Of a stretch of DNA of 31,171 nucleotides, positions 1 through 8,670 are shown piece after piece. The DNA is taken from the NCBI GenBank assembly GCA_039919215.1, contig JBDSGC010000230.1, forward strand, positions 1 through 31,171, in the 5' to 3' direction. Positions within the stretch are counted from its first letter, which is position 1. The number at the start of each line of letters is the position of its first letter. The translations under genes were made by a program, and so were the position numbers. The notes under the pieces are model-generated. The model was not told where the DNA came from. It did not search any database and saw only the letters and a list, made by a program, of their open reading frames with translations. The DNA is from Thermoanaerobaculia bacterium (GTDB lineage Bacteria; Acidobacteriota; Thermoanaerobaculia; Gp7-AA8).

Positions 1-46
1 CCAGGATGTCCAAGGACACCTGTCCAGGATGTCTATGGTCTATACA
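1..46 (-). mobile_element. Probable terminal repeat of an insertion sequence (IS481-like), with the body beyond the left edge
   Basis: Minus strand reads TGTATAGACCATAGACATCCTGGACAGGTGTCCTTGGACATCCTGG. It has a 5'-TGT terminus and an internal direct repeat (ccaggatgtc at 1-10 and 24-33, 23-bp period), as in IS481-family ends. No transposase in the window, so the family is from recall. Confidence 0.5.
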
Positions 47-197
47 CCGCAGCGGGGAGAAGGAACTCGATCGTGAGAGGCGTGGTGTGTGTCATTCGAA
101 GCGGAGTGGGTGGCGGGTGGGGCGAAGGATCTGCAATCCAAGGCTGCCGACTGAACGGGACTGAGGCCAAAATCGTTGCGGACGCTTTGCGAACCAA

Positions 198-218
198 CGC
201 CGCCGGCCGTGCCGGCTA
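198..218 (-). repeat. REP-like palindromic hairpin, copy 1
   Basis: Minus strand (G)TAGCCGGCACGGCCGGCGGCG; GCCGGC-ACG-GCCGGC stem overlapping the TAG stop of 216..1076. Confidence 0.55.
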
Positions 219-1076
219 CTTCCTGATCTGCTCGATGGCCTGCTTGGCCACGGAGCGCACGCGCAGGCTCGGATCGCTCGTGGCGATGCGCTGCAACTGC
301 GGCAACGCCTCGGCCGGAGCGAGCTTCACAAACTCCGTCATGGCCACGATCATGGTGTCTTCCTTCTGATCCTCGCGCATGTCGGCGATGGAGTTCAGCC
401 GGCCTCGATCGAGCATCTCGCGAAGCGGGCCGAGTGCATGGGAATCCCCCATTCGGGCCAGTGCGATGGCGGCGTTCCATCGCACGTCGGTCACTGCATC
501 CTCGAGTGCGTGGATGAGTGCAGGCACGGCCCGGCGGTCGCCAATCTCGCCGAGGGCAAAGAGCGCTGCCTTGCGCACATCTTTCTCGGAGTCTTGCGAG
601 GCGGCGATGACGCCAGGCAGCGAAGCAGGATCGTGAAGCTGGCCGAGAGCCATCAGCGCGTACAGCCTGTTTTCGACTTCCGCATCTTTCAATCCTTCGA
701 TCAGGACGGGAGTGGCGCGCGCATCGCCGAGCGTCCCCAGAACCATGCTCAGATAGCGGCGGATGCGGGGATCGTCACTCCGGGATCCCACGTACAGAGA
801 AGCCACCTGCTGCTCGAGATTCGGATAGCGCTTCGCCTCCCCCCGCTTGATCGACTTGGAAAGCTGATAGGCGGCCTGCCATCGCTCGTGCGAGCTGCCC
901 GAACGGATCTGGTTCAGGTAGTCGGGAATGCTCTGGTCATCCGAAGCGAGCTTGCCGAAGAGAAAGAAGATGGCCACCGCGATGCAGACCACGCCGAGCG
1001 GAAACACAACGAACTGAAACAGGATGGTGCGCGAGGACTCGCGGGGGACGTCGGTGGGAACCGTGGGATCAGCCAT
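216..1076 (-). CDS. Membrane-anchored HEAT-repeat (PBS-lyase-like) protein, 286 aa
   Basis: N-terminal hydrophobic helix (ILFQFVVFPLGVVCIAVAIFFLF), then repeats such as VRKAALFALGEIGDRRAVPALIHAL and VRWNAAIALARMGD. Confidence 0.85.
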   Translation of the reverse strand: MADPTVPTDVPRESSRTILFQFVVFPLGVVCIAVAIFFLFGKLASDDQSIPDYLNQIRSGSSHERWQAAYQLSKSIKRGEAKRYPNLEQQVASLYVGSRSDDPRIRRYLSMVLGTLGDARATPVLIEGLKDAEVENRLYALMALGQLHDPASLPGVIAASQDSEKDVRKAALFALGEIGDRRAVPALIHALEDAVTDVRWNAAIALARMGDSHALGPLREMLDRGRLNSIADMREDQKEDTMIVAMTEFVKLAPAEALPQLQRIATSDPSLRVRSVAKQAIEQIRK

Positions 1077-1162
1077 CAGGGTAGGAACTCTGGAATGGGG
1101 AGCGTCCGTCGATCAGGATCGGCAGAGTGGACAGTCTCGTTCCAGTTCAGCGACGGCAACCC

Positions 1163-1636
1163 TTACCGCCCGGTTCCCAGGACCACAAAATCCGGCAGGT
1201 AGGTCTTGAGCTGGGTGGGCGCGTCAGGCACCACGATGGCGTCCTTGTCGCAGACCGACTCACAAAGCCGGCAGGCCACGCACTTCTTGTGCTCGACGAA
1301 GGCGATCTTGTAGTGATTGGCGATGGTCTCGTCGTTCGGCTCGATCATCGTGATGCACTCGAAGGGGCAGATATCGACACAGAACTCGCACCCGGTGCAC
1401 AGATCTTTGATGACCTCGGCCTTGGGAATCTCTTTCGGCTTGACGCGAGGAATGAGGTCGCCATGCTGATTCTGGATGGCGTCGACCGGGCAGTAGATGC
1501 CGCACACCGAGCAGTCGATGCAGCGTTCCGGGTGGATGTAGTACTGGCCGCGGGTGGCACCCCAGATGGTGTTGGTGGGGCACTTCACTTCGCAGACGCC
1601 ACATCCGATGCACTTGTCGGTAATGAAATGAGGCAT
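1163..1636 (-). CDS. Polyferredoxin with four [4Fe-4S]-binding motifs, 157 aa
   Basis: Four CxxCxxCxxxC motifs: CIGCGVCEVKCP, CIDCSVCGIYCP, CTGCEFCVDICP, CVACRLCESVCD. Confidence 0.92.
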   Translation of the reverse strand: MPHFITDKCIGCGVCEVKCPTNTIWGATRGQYYIHPERCIDCSVCGIYCPVDAIQNQHGDLIPRVKPKEIPKAEVIKDLCTGCEFCVDICPFECITMIEPNDETIANHYKIAFVEHKKCVACRLCESVCDKDAIVVPDAPTQLKTYLPDFVVLGTGR

Positions 1637-1644
1637 GGACTCTC

Positions 1645-1650
1645 AGTTTA
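1645..1650 (-). promoter_or_regulatory. Candidate -10 box (TAAACT) 8 nt before the ferredoxin ATG
   Basis: ggTAAACTgagagtccATG. The box includes the TAA stop of the upstream gene, so it may be coincidental. Confidence 0.3.
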
Positions 1651-2985
1651 CCTTACGGCCGCGACGAGGGCGCGGCCATTCACGAACAGCGGTTTGACAA
1701 TTCGAGAGCGCTGGATCGTTGCAAGTTCCGGCGCCTGGCGCTCACCAATCCAGATGAACGCGCCATCGGGCAGCGGACTTCCCTCGGCGTCGTGCGGATC
1801 GGTTCGCCAGCCTGGATGCAGGGCCTGGCTCGCTGGATAGGCGATGGCCGGACGCAGGGCAACTGTCTCCAGGTAAAGGTACCCGGTGGCGACGACCGGG
1901 GTGGCCGGCGGGACGTGCCTCCCCACAAACTGCGCCGCCTGGCGATAGTCGTCTGGAGGGCGCGAAGCGTGATCGACCGCAGCCAGATCGATGGAAACCA
2001 GCCCGATGGCGATGGTGATCGAAGTGAGAGTCATCTTCCAGACTCTCGGCCATCGGTCGAGACAGGCCGCCAGAAGCAGAACGAGCGGCGGAGCGATGAC
2101 AGACTCGAAGCGCATCGGGAAATAGATCCGCCGGCCGGCCAGACCGGCCAGGAGCGCGCAGGCATACGGAGCGCCCACGGTCCATGCGGCGAACAGAGCA
2201 ATCTTTCGATCGCAGCGAATCAACGTCAGGGCAGCAACGAAGGCAGCGAGTGCGGCGAGCCACAGCGGAGCAGGCTTGAACAGCGACGGGGGAGAGTCGA
2301 ACGGGGCGAACAGGATGTCGGCGAACGAAGGTTTCCACTCCCCCATCCATCCCGTGGCCTGAACTGGTTGGTGCCGTGCGAGCCAGAGCAGGGGAATGAT
2401 TGCGGCGAGCGACGCGGCGAGGGCACGCGCCCCTTTTCGTCCGCGCAGGAGCAAGGACGGGAGAAAGAGCAGCCCGTAGTAATGACTGCAGGCGGCGGCG
2501 ACGATCGCCGCCGCTGCCAGCCATGGCTTTTCGCAAACAAGGGCGATCATCGCCAGGGTCACCAGCAGCGCGCAGAGCGCATAGGCTCGCGCGTCCGTGG
2601 CGAAGAGGGCCGCTGGCGGGTAAGCCGCGAGCAGCGCAGCGGCCAGGAATCGCGCCGGCCCCAGCCGCCGGCAACTGAGGATTGCTGCGAACGACCCCAG
2701 AGCACAGGCCAGGGAGACCAGCCGGGTGGCGAAGAGCGCCGGGTTGCCGAGCAGGTGAATGATCGCGTAATAAAGGGGAGGGCCGGAATCGGCGCGCAAC
2801 AGCCCGACCATGGTCGCCGGCGGGTGCGCAGCAAGCCAGTGCGTGAACAGCTCGTCGAAGAAGAATTCGCGGGTGACCAGCAGCGCGATGCGGGGGGCGA
2901 GAAAAAGGAGAGTCAGGGCAACGGAAACCGCGGCCACGCCCCGGCGCGAAGCGAGGAGGTCGCCCTCGTCGCGCAGCACGCTCAC
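1648..2985 (-). CDS. Polytopic membrane glycosyltransferase, GT-C fold (GT39/PMT/ArnT-like), 445 aa
   Basis: Many hydrophobic helices, FFFDELFT acidic motif after TM1, DSGPPLYY, DARAYAL and SHYY motifs. The start overlaps the cheY stop (GTGA). Confidence 0.7.
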   Translation of the reverse strand: MSVLRDEGDLLASRRGVAAVSVALTLLFLAPRIALLVTREFFFDELFTHWLAAHPPATMVGLLRADSGPPLYYAIIHLLGNPALFATRLVSLACALGSFAAILSCRRLGPARFLAAALLAAYPPAALFATDARAYALCALLVTLAMIALVCEKPWLAAAAIVAAACSHYYGLLFLPSLLLRGRKGARALAASLAAIIPLLWLARHQPVQATGWMGEWKPSFADILFAPFDSPPSLFKPAPLWLAALAAFVAALTLIRCDRKIALFAAWTVGAPYACALLAGLAGRRIYFPMRFESVIAPPLVLLLAACLDRWPRVWKMTLTSITIAIGLVSIDLAAVDHASRPPDDYRQAAQFVGRHVPPATPVVATGYLYLETVALRPAIAYPASQALHPGWRTDPHDAEGSPLPDGAFIWIGERQAPELATIQRSRIVKPLFVNGRALVAAVR

Positions 2986-3365
2986 ACCGTCAGCAGTTCG
3001 GAGATGGTCTTGATCAGGTGCGAGGACTGGATCGGCTTGGAGATGTAGGCATTGGCACCGAGGGCCAGCCCGCGCTCACGATCCTCTTCCGCACCCTCCG
3101 TGGTGATGATGATGATGGGGATGGCCTTGAGCTGTGCATTCTGGCGGACCAGGGAGACCAGCTTCAGCCCATCCATGACCGGCATATTGATGTCGGTCAG
3201 GATCAGATCGATGTGCTCCGGACCGGACAGCTTCTTCAGCGCGTCGACTCCGTCCACGGCCTCGATGATCCTGGCGTTCTTGAATCGCTTCAAGGAGAAC
3301 GAGATCAACTGGCGCATGGTCGGAGAGTCTTCGACGACCAGGAAAATTGCGTTTTCCAATCCCAC
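2982..3365 (-). CDS. cheY: CheY-like single-domain response regulator, 127 aa
   Basis: Intact receiver: VVEDS, ILTDINMPVMDG (phospho-Asp), ITT, ISKP. Confidence 0.92.
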   Translation of the reverse strand: MGLENAIFLVVEDSPTMRQLISFSLKRFKNARIIEAVDGVDALKKLSGPEHIDLILTDINMPVMDGLKLVSLVRQNAQLKAIPIIIITTEGAEEDRERGLALGANAYISKPIQSSHLIKTISELLTV

Positions 3366-3375
3366 TATCCGCCCC

Positions 3376-4185
3376 TCACGATGTGGTGGTCAGCAGATCC
3401 AGAAAGCTCTGGATCGTGTTGAGCTTCCTCTCTGACTGCGAATACAGCTTCGAAGCGAAAATCGCCGTGGCGGCGTGGGCAGCCAGCAGCGAAAACAATT
3501 CATAGTCCACAGCGGAGAACGAGTCCTTCTGCTGGAGCAGCTTGTAAATGGCGATCAGCCCGATGACGTGCTCTTTGATTTTCAGCGGAATGGCAGCCAG
3601 AGGTCTGTCGATGGTGACCTTGCCGCCGTCGACATCCTGATTGATGTAGTAGCTCTCGCCGGTCTTGGCCACCGTGCCGATGACGCCTTCGCCCAGGCGG
3701 CTGGAGAGCTGCTCGATCCCCGGCATGACGTCCTCGCCCTCGAAGGCGATGGACTTCAGCTCGTTGGTCTTTTCGTCGAGCAGCAGAATGGCGAAGGACT
3801 CCGCGCCCACCAGGTTGATCACGATCTCCTGGACGATCTGGATGACCTCCCGGAAGTCCATGGTGGAGTGCAACTGGTAACTGGCAACGTAGAGATTGGC
3901 CAGATTGTTGTTCTGGTCTTCGATCTCCACGTACCGGGAGGCGAAGTCCTTGTTCTCTTCTTCCACGGCCCGGAACTTCCGGGCAATGCGCCGGTTTTCC
4001 TCGGTCAGCTGGGACACTTCATCGCGCAACCGCTGGACCTCTTCGCCCGATCCCGTACCCGATTCGGCATCGATCGCAGCGACGCGGTACCGCAGCCTCT
4101 GGTTCTCCCGAAGAAGTTCTTCGGTGAACTCTTTTCCCTTGTTGAACAGCTCCAGAAATTTCTCTGCGCGTTGCTCTTCGCTCAT
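3376..4185 (-). CDS. Coiled-coil + GAF domain protein with no output domain, 269 aa
   Basis: Heptad-rich N-terminus (EELLRENQRLRY...EVQRLRDEVSQLTEENRRI), then a GAF signature (LHSTMDFREVIQIVQEIV...LGEGVIGTVAKTG...AIPLKIKEHVIGLIAIY...ELFSLLAAHAATAI). Confidence 0.85.
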   Translation of the reverse strand: MSEEQRAEKFLELFNKGKEFTEELLRENQRLRYRVAAIDAESGTGSGEEVQRLRDEVSQLTEENRRIARKFRAVEEENKDFASRYVEIEDQNNNLANLYVASYQLHSTMDFREVIQIVQEIVINLVGAESFAILLLDEKTNELKSIAFEGEDVMPGIEQLSSRLGEGVIGTVAKTGESYYINQDVDGGKVTIDRPLAAIPLKIKEHVIGLIAIYKLLQQKDSFSAVDYELFSLLAAHAATAIFASKLYSQSERKLNTIQSFLDLLTTTS

Positions 4186-4288
4186 CAGGATCTCTCAGAC
4201 TCGGCCCGCGTGGACTGTAGCATAAGGTGGCCGTGCCTCGAGGCCGGTCCCGCCTCGTTGGCCGCGAGGCTCTGATCCCTGGCCGCGG

Positions 4289-5329
4289 TCATCCCTGACA
4301 CAACCGATGGATCGCTGCCGGAATCTCACCGAGGGGGAGCACCTGCTCGACGGCGCCCGTCTTGATGGCCTCGTTGGGCATCCCGAAGATGATCGCGGTC
4401 TCCGCAGATTCCGCGATGGTCCGCCCACCGCGGTCCCGCAGCTGGCGGATGGAAGCGGCACCGTCATCGCCCATGCCGGTCAGGATGACGGCGATCAGTT
4501 TGTCTGCGCAGACTTCGCTGGCGCTTTGCAGCAGACGATCGACGGACGGGGCGTAGAGGTCGTTTGCACTGGCCGGCAACACCGCGATGCGGAGGCCTGC
4601 GGACCCACGCCGGATCTCCGTCTGCATTCCGCCCGGTGCCACGTAGACGACCCCGTTCTCGATGCTCTCGCCATCCATCGCTTCCTTCACCTGATACTGC
4701 GAGAGCCGGTTGACGCGCTCGGCAAAGAGCCGGGTGAAAGCCGGCGGCATGTGCTGCGCCACAACCATGGGGATGGGCAGCAGTGGCAGGGTCTGGAAGA
4801 GGAGCTGCAGAGCGGGCGGCCCTCCGGTGGAGCAACCGATGACGATCAACTCGATTCCGCCCTGACATCCCACCGCATCCACGGGCTTCAACACTTCCCC
4901 AACCTCATCGTTGACGATGCTGCGCTGCAGGTTGTCCATGCGCAGTTGGGCAACCTGAAGCACCTTGGCGATGAGATCTTTGCGGATCTCCTCCAGCCGA
5001 GGCGAAACGCGGCCGCCCGGTTTCTGGATGAAATCGAAGGCGCCGAGCTCCAGCGCCTTGAACACACTGCGGTCGCTGGCCTTCGACGATACGGCGATGA
5101 CCGGCGTGGGCCGATCGTGCATCAGCCACCGCAGGAAGGCGAAACCGTCCATGACCGGCATCTCCAGATCGAGGGTGATGACGTCGGGCCGGTGCTTGAC
5201 CACCTGCTTGATGGCGTCCTCACCGTGGACCGCCGTGGCCACCACGCGGATCTCCGGATGCGACTCCAGCATGCGCGAGATGGTCACGCGGTTGTAGGCC
5301 GAGTCATCCACCACCAGGGCGCGGATCAT
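4289..5329 (-). CDS. cheB: Chemotaxis response-regulator methylesterase CheB, 346 aa
   Basis: Receiver (VVDDS, TLDLEMP, QKP) plus methylesterase triad motifs GCSTGG, QHMP and GMGDDG. Confidence 0.96.
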   Translation of the reverse strand: MIRALVVDDSAYNRVTISRMLESHPEIRVVATAVHGEDAIKQVVKHRPDVITLDLEMPVMDGFAFLRWLMHDRPTPVIAVSSKASDRSVFKALELGAFDFIQKPGGRVSPRLEEIRKDLIAKVLQVAQLRMDNLQRSIVNDEVGEVLKPVDAVGCQGGIELIVIGCSTGGPPALQLLFQTLPLLPIPMVVAQHMPPAFTRLFAERVNRLSQYQVKEAMDGESIENGVVYVAPGGMQTEIRRGSAGLRIAVLPASANDLYAPSVDRLLQSASEVCADKLIAVILTGMGDDGAASIRQLRDRGGRTIAESAETAIIFGMPNEAIKTGAVEQVLPLGEIPAAIHRLCQG

Positions 5330-5384
5330 GCCGCGCCTGCTGCACCGTGGGCCGGCAGTGTCCGAGCTGCGTGCGCCGGGAACG

Positions 5385-6236
5385 TCACCGCTGGTACACC
5401 ATGTCGTTCTTCAGGTGACGCAGCTTGAACTGCGTGGACAGGGAGATCAGAGACTCGGAGTGCCCGAGCAGCAGATACCCTCCGTCGACCAGTCGGTTGT
5501 AGAAATTGGTCACCACCACCCGCTTGGAGGTGTCGTCGAAGTAGATGATCACGTTGCGGCAGAAGATCACGTCGAGGTGGCCCAGGAGCGACACCCGCGA
5601 CTGGTCGTAGAGATTGAGGCGCCCGAAGGACACACGGTTGCGCACGTCGTCGTGAAGGTGCCACGACCCGTCCGGCTGGCGGCTGAAGTACTTGTCCCGG
5701 AGGTTGGGGTCGGTGGCCCGGAAGGCGGTCTCCCGGTAGTGTCCGCGCCGGGCCTTGGAGAGCACCTGCTGGCTGATGTCACTGGCGAAAATCTCGAACG
5801 ATGCATGCTCGTAGTAGCCGGCCTCCTGCAGCAGCATGGCCAGTGAGTACGGCTCTTCTCCCGAGGAGCAGCCGGCCGACCAGATGCGGATCCGCTTGAC
5901 GGTCTTGCGCGACAGAATGTCCGGGATGACTTCCTCCACGAAGGCGGTGAGTTGCGCCGGCTCGCGGAAAAAGTACGTCTCGTTCGTGGTCACCATGTCG
6001 TAGATCTGGTCGAACTCGGCGTCCGCACGCGGGTCGTACTGGAGGAAGTAGAAGTATTTCTGGAAGGAGTCGAAGTTCAGCTCGCGCGCTCGAGGAGAGA
6101 GCCGCTTCTGCAACAGGTACTTGGAGGAGTCCGCGAACCACATGCCGGTACGCACATAAATCTGATCGCGCAACTGCCTGAAGACGTCATCAGGGAGTTC
6201 GAGGTGATGGTTGAGCGAGAGGCTGAACGTGGACAT
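5385..6236 (-). CDS. cheR: Protein-glutamate methyltransferase CheR, 283 aa
   Basis: TTNETYFFRE, IWSAGCSSGEEPYS, ASDIS, DVIFCRNVIIYFD, LLGHSES. Confidence 0.96.
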   Translation of the reverse strand: MSTFSLSLNHHLELPDDVFRQLRDQIYVRTGMWFADSSKYLLQKRLSPRARELNFDSFQKYFYFLQYDPRADAEFDQIYDMVTTNETYFFREPAQLTAFVEEVIPDILSRKTVKRIRIWSAGCSSGEEPYSLAMLLQEAGYYEHASFEIFASDISQQVLSKARRGHYRETAFRATDPNLRDKYFSRQPDGSWHLHDDVRNRVSFGRLNLYDQSRVSLLGHLDVIFCRNVIIYFDDTSKRVVVTNFYNRLVDGGYLLLGHSESLISLSTQFKLRHLKNDMVYQR

Positions 6237-6302
6237 GGCGGGCTGTCTGGGCGCGAGAGAAGGGGGCGGCCGGCATGGGGCCGCCGGCTCAATGACCTTC
6301 GG

Positions 6303-8525
6303 TCAACTCTTCTCCTTCATCGCCTGCAGAATCGCCGCAATCACCACCTCACGACGGCTGTCGGCGGTCCGCCACGCTTCCTCGAGCAGGTCCCGGAACA
6401 GCTGCTTGTGATGCACGAAGACATCGGACACCTCGTCGAGCACGGCGGCGTTCTCCAGGGCCTTGAACAGGACCGGAAACGAGGAGCGATCGGGGAGCTT
6501 GTCCAGAGCCAGCACAGCCGACTGCTGGACGTAGGTATCAGGGTCCTCCACCGCCCGATGGAGCGCGGGCAAGGCCACCGGATCGCCGCGCAGTCCCACC
6601 GACGCAGCCGCCGCAGCGCGGATCCGCCAGTCGTTGTCGTTGAGGGCGAACATCAGGTAATCGAAGACCTCATCGCCGGGGATCCGGGAGAGCGCCAGGA
6701 TGGCCGCGCGGCGAATCTCCAGGTCGGCGTCGTAAGCCGCGCGGAAGAGCACATCCTTGACCCGCTCGTCTTCCGATCTTCCCAGCGCCTCCAGCGCGGC
6801 GATCCGCACCGGCGGAAGGTCATGCTCCAGGTGGCGGATCAGCGGCTCCACCGCCTCGAGATGGCGGTACGCGCCCAGCGACTGCGCCGCGGCGGTGCGG
6901 ATCCAGATGTCGTGGTCCTCCAGAGAACTGATCAGCGGTTCGATTCCTTTCTCTGGGCGCAGTCGCACGATCGCGTTGATGGCTGCCAGCCTCACGCCGG
7001 TGGACTCATCGGCTAAAGAGAGGACAAGCTGGTCGGCGAAGCGTTCCTCACCAAATTTCCCCATCAGGGAGATCGCCTTCTGCCGGATGACCGGATCGCT
7101 GTCCTTCGACGCCAGCAGCAGTTCATCGTGATACCCCTCTCCCTGGATGTTCACGAAGACCGACAGGGAGTTGAGCTTCATGGGCACCGACGTCACCTGC
7201 AGCATCTTGCGGATCCTGGCCAGGACCTCCTGCTTCATCTCCGGATAGGCCGCCACCAGCGCGGAGATCGAGTTCACCGCGGCCTGCTGCGAAGCCACGT
7301 CGGAGTCGTCGAGTTTGGCCAGCAGGTAGTCGATGGACCGCGGATCGCTGATCTGTCCCAGGGTCTCGATGACCAGGCGGCGGATCATGGCCTGCTCGTG
7401 ATCGAGGAACGGAAGGATGTGCGGGATGGTCTCCGCTCCACCGATCACATTGATGATGCGGAGGAGCAGAGCCACGATCTCGTCTTCCCCGGAGTTGCGC
7501 AGGGTCTCCTCGATGACCGGCAGCGATCCCGGTCCGAAATCGATCAGGGCCTGAGCAGCGGTCTCCGCCGTGTCCGGCTGTTCGAGGTAATTGATCAGAA
7601 CAGGCAGCGCGCGCGGGTCGGCGGACCACCCGAGAAACTTGAGGATGAAGCTCCGGACGTCCCGCTTGGAAGTGCTGCGCAGATGGTCGATGAGCGGTTC
7701 CAGTTTCTCGCGGGGGAACGACTCGCGAAACTTGCGCTGCACCAGAAGACGCTCGGCCTGCTCGACAATCTTCGGCTTGTTGGCCTCGGCAATGCGCACC
7801 AGTGCGCGCAACGCCGTCAGATTGAGCTTCTCCTCTTCGGCGATGACCTTGAGCAGAAACGACACCGTCCCCACGTCCCCGATCTTGCCGACTGCCTCCA
7901 GAACCGGTTTGCGCATCGACTTCTCGGAGTAGAACGGAAGGATCGACGGCAACGCCGAGCGGTCACCGATCTCTCCCAGCGCTTCCACCACGTGAAATTT
8001 GAGCCAGAGGTCGTCCCGCTCCAGCAGCGCGATCAGGGGCGCAAGCGAAGAGGCATCGCGGTATTTGCCCAGGGAGGACACTGCAGACGAGGCGATGTTG
8101 ACGTCCTGTTCCGATGCGGCGATCTGCAGCAGAAGGCGGAAACCATCCTGATTCCTCAAATCGCCCAGCAGGTTCACCAGCGAGAGGCGGACGTCCGGAT
8201 CAGACTCGGTGCGTAGACGCTGCACGATCGGAGCGATGCCGGCCACCCCGATGCGGATCAGCGCCTCGGTGGCCGAGTTTCGCTTTCCCGCATTCTCCGG
8301 GTCGGCCAGCGAGTCCAGCAGCCCGAGGATCACTTCCTCCTGCGGGTCGCGGACGAAGCCGTCGACGATGGTCTTGCGTACACGCCAGTCCTTGTCGCCG
8401 AGCAACTCGAACATCAGCGGCAGATCCCGCTGTTCCGTCCCATGGGCCACGAGATACGCGGCCTTCTGACGGGCGTCCGGGTCAGCCGAACGGGCCTGTT
8501 CCACCAGTTGAGGATCTGCGTTCAT
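6303..8525 (-). CDS. Large cytoplasmic HEAT-repeat protein, about 740 aa
   Basis: Continuous HEAT/PBS repeats (DKDWRVRKTIV, DLWLKFHVVEALGEIGD, DIWIRTAAAQSLG, DWRIRAAAAASVG). Start moved from the track's 8624 to ATG 8525 (MNADPQL) because the extension is not repeat-like. Confidence 0.85.
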   Translation of the reverse strand: MNADPQLVEQARSADPDARQKAAYLVAHGTEQRDLPLMFELLGDKDWRVRKTIVDGFVRDPQEEVILGLLDSLADPENAGKRNSATEALIRIGVAGIAPIVQRLRTESDPDVRLSLVNLLGDLRNQDGFRLLLQIAASEQDVNIASSAVSSLGKYRDASSLAPLIALLERDDLWLKFHVVEALGEIGDRSALPSILPFYSEKSMRKPVLEAVGKIGDVGTVSFLLKVIAEEEKLNLTALRALVRIAEANKPKIVEQAERLLVQRKFRESFPREKLEPLIDHLRSTSKRDVRSFILKFLGWSADPRALPVLINYLEQPDTAETAAQALIDFGPGSLPVIEETLRNSGEDEIVALLLRIINVIGGAETIPHILPFLDHEQAMIRRLVIETLGQISDPRSIDYLLAKLDDSDVASQQAAVNSISALVAAYPEMKQEVLARIRKMLQVTSVPMKLNSLSVFVNIQGEGYHDELLLASKDSDPVIRQKAISLMGKFGEERFADQLVLSLADESTGVRLAAINAIVRLRPEKGIEPLISSLEDHDIWIRTAAAQSLGAYRHLEAVEPLIRHLEHDLPPVRIAALEALGRSEDERVKDVLFRAAYDADLEIRRAAILALSRIPGDEVFDYLMFALNDNDWRIRAAAAASVGLRGDPVALPALHRAVEDPDTYVQQSAVLALDKLPDRSSFPVLFKALENAAVLDEVSDVFVHHKQLFRDLLEEAWRTADSRREVVIAAILQAMKEKS

Positions 8526-8670
8526 GGCGTGCCGACCAGTGGGCTTCGGCGCGGTGGCAGCGCCGTTCGAGCCCTTGTCGCATTCGAAGGCAGGCCGCGC
8601 TGAGTTGCACCACCACGGGCACACGACGCGTTCTTCGCTCGCAGCGGCGAGAGGGTGCGGGGCTGCACGT

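Noticed and set aside
8526-8624. N-terminal extensions in the ORF track for the HEAT protein (likewise for the ATPase, cheY, DUF4388, nusB, ribH, gatA, J-TPR and asnB)
   Set aside because: The extensions precede the family N-terminus, often overlap the upstream gene and look non-coding; internal starts were chosen instead.
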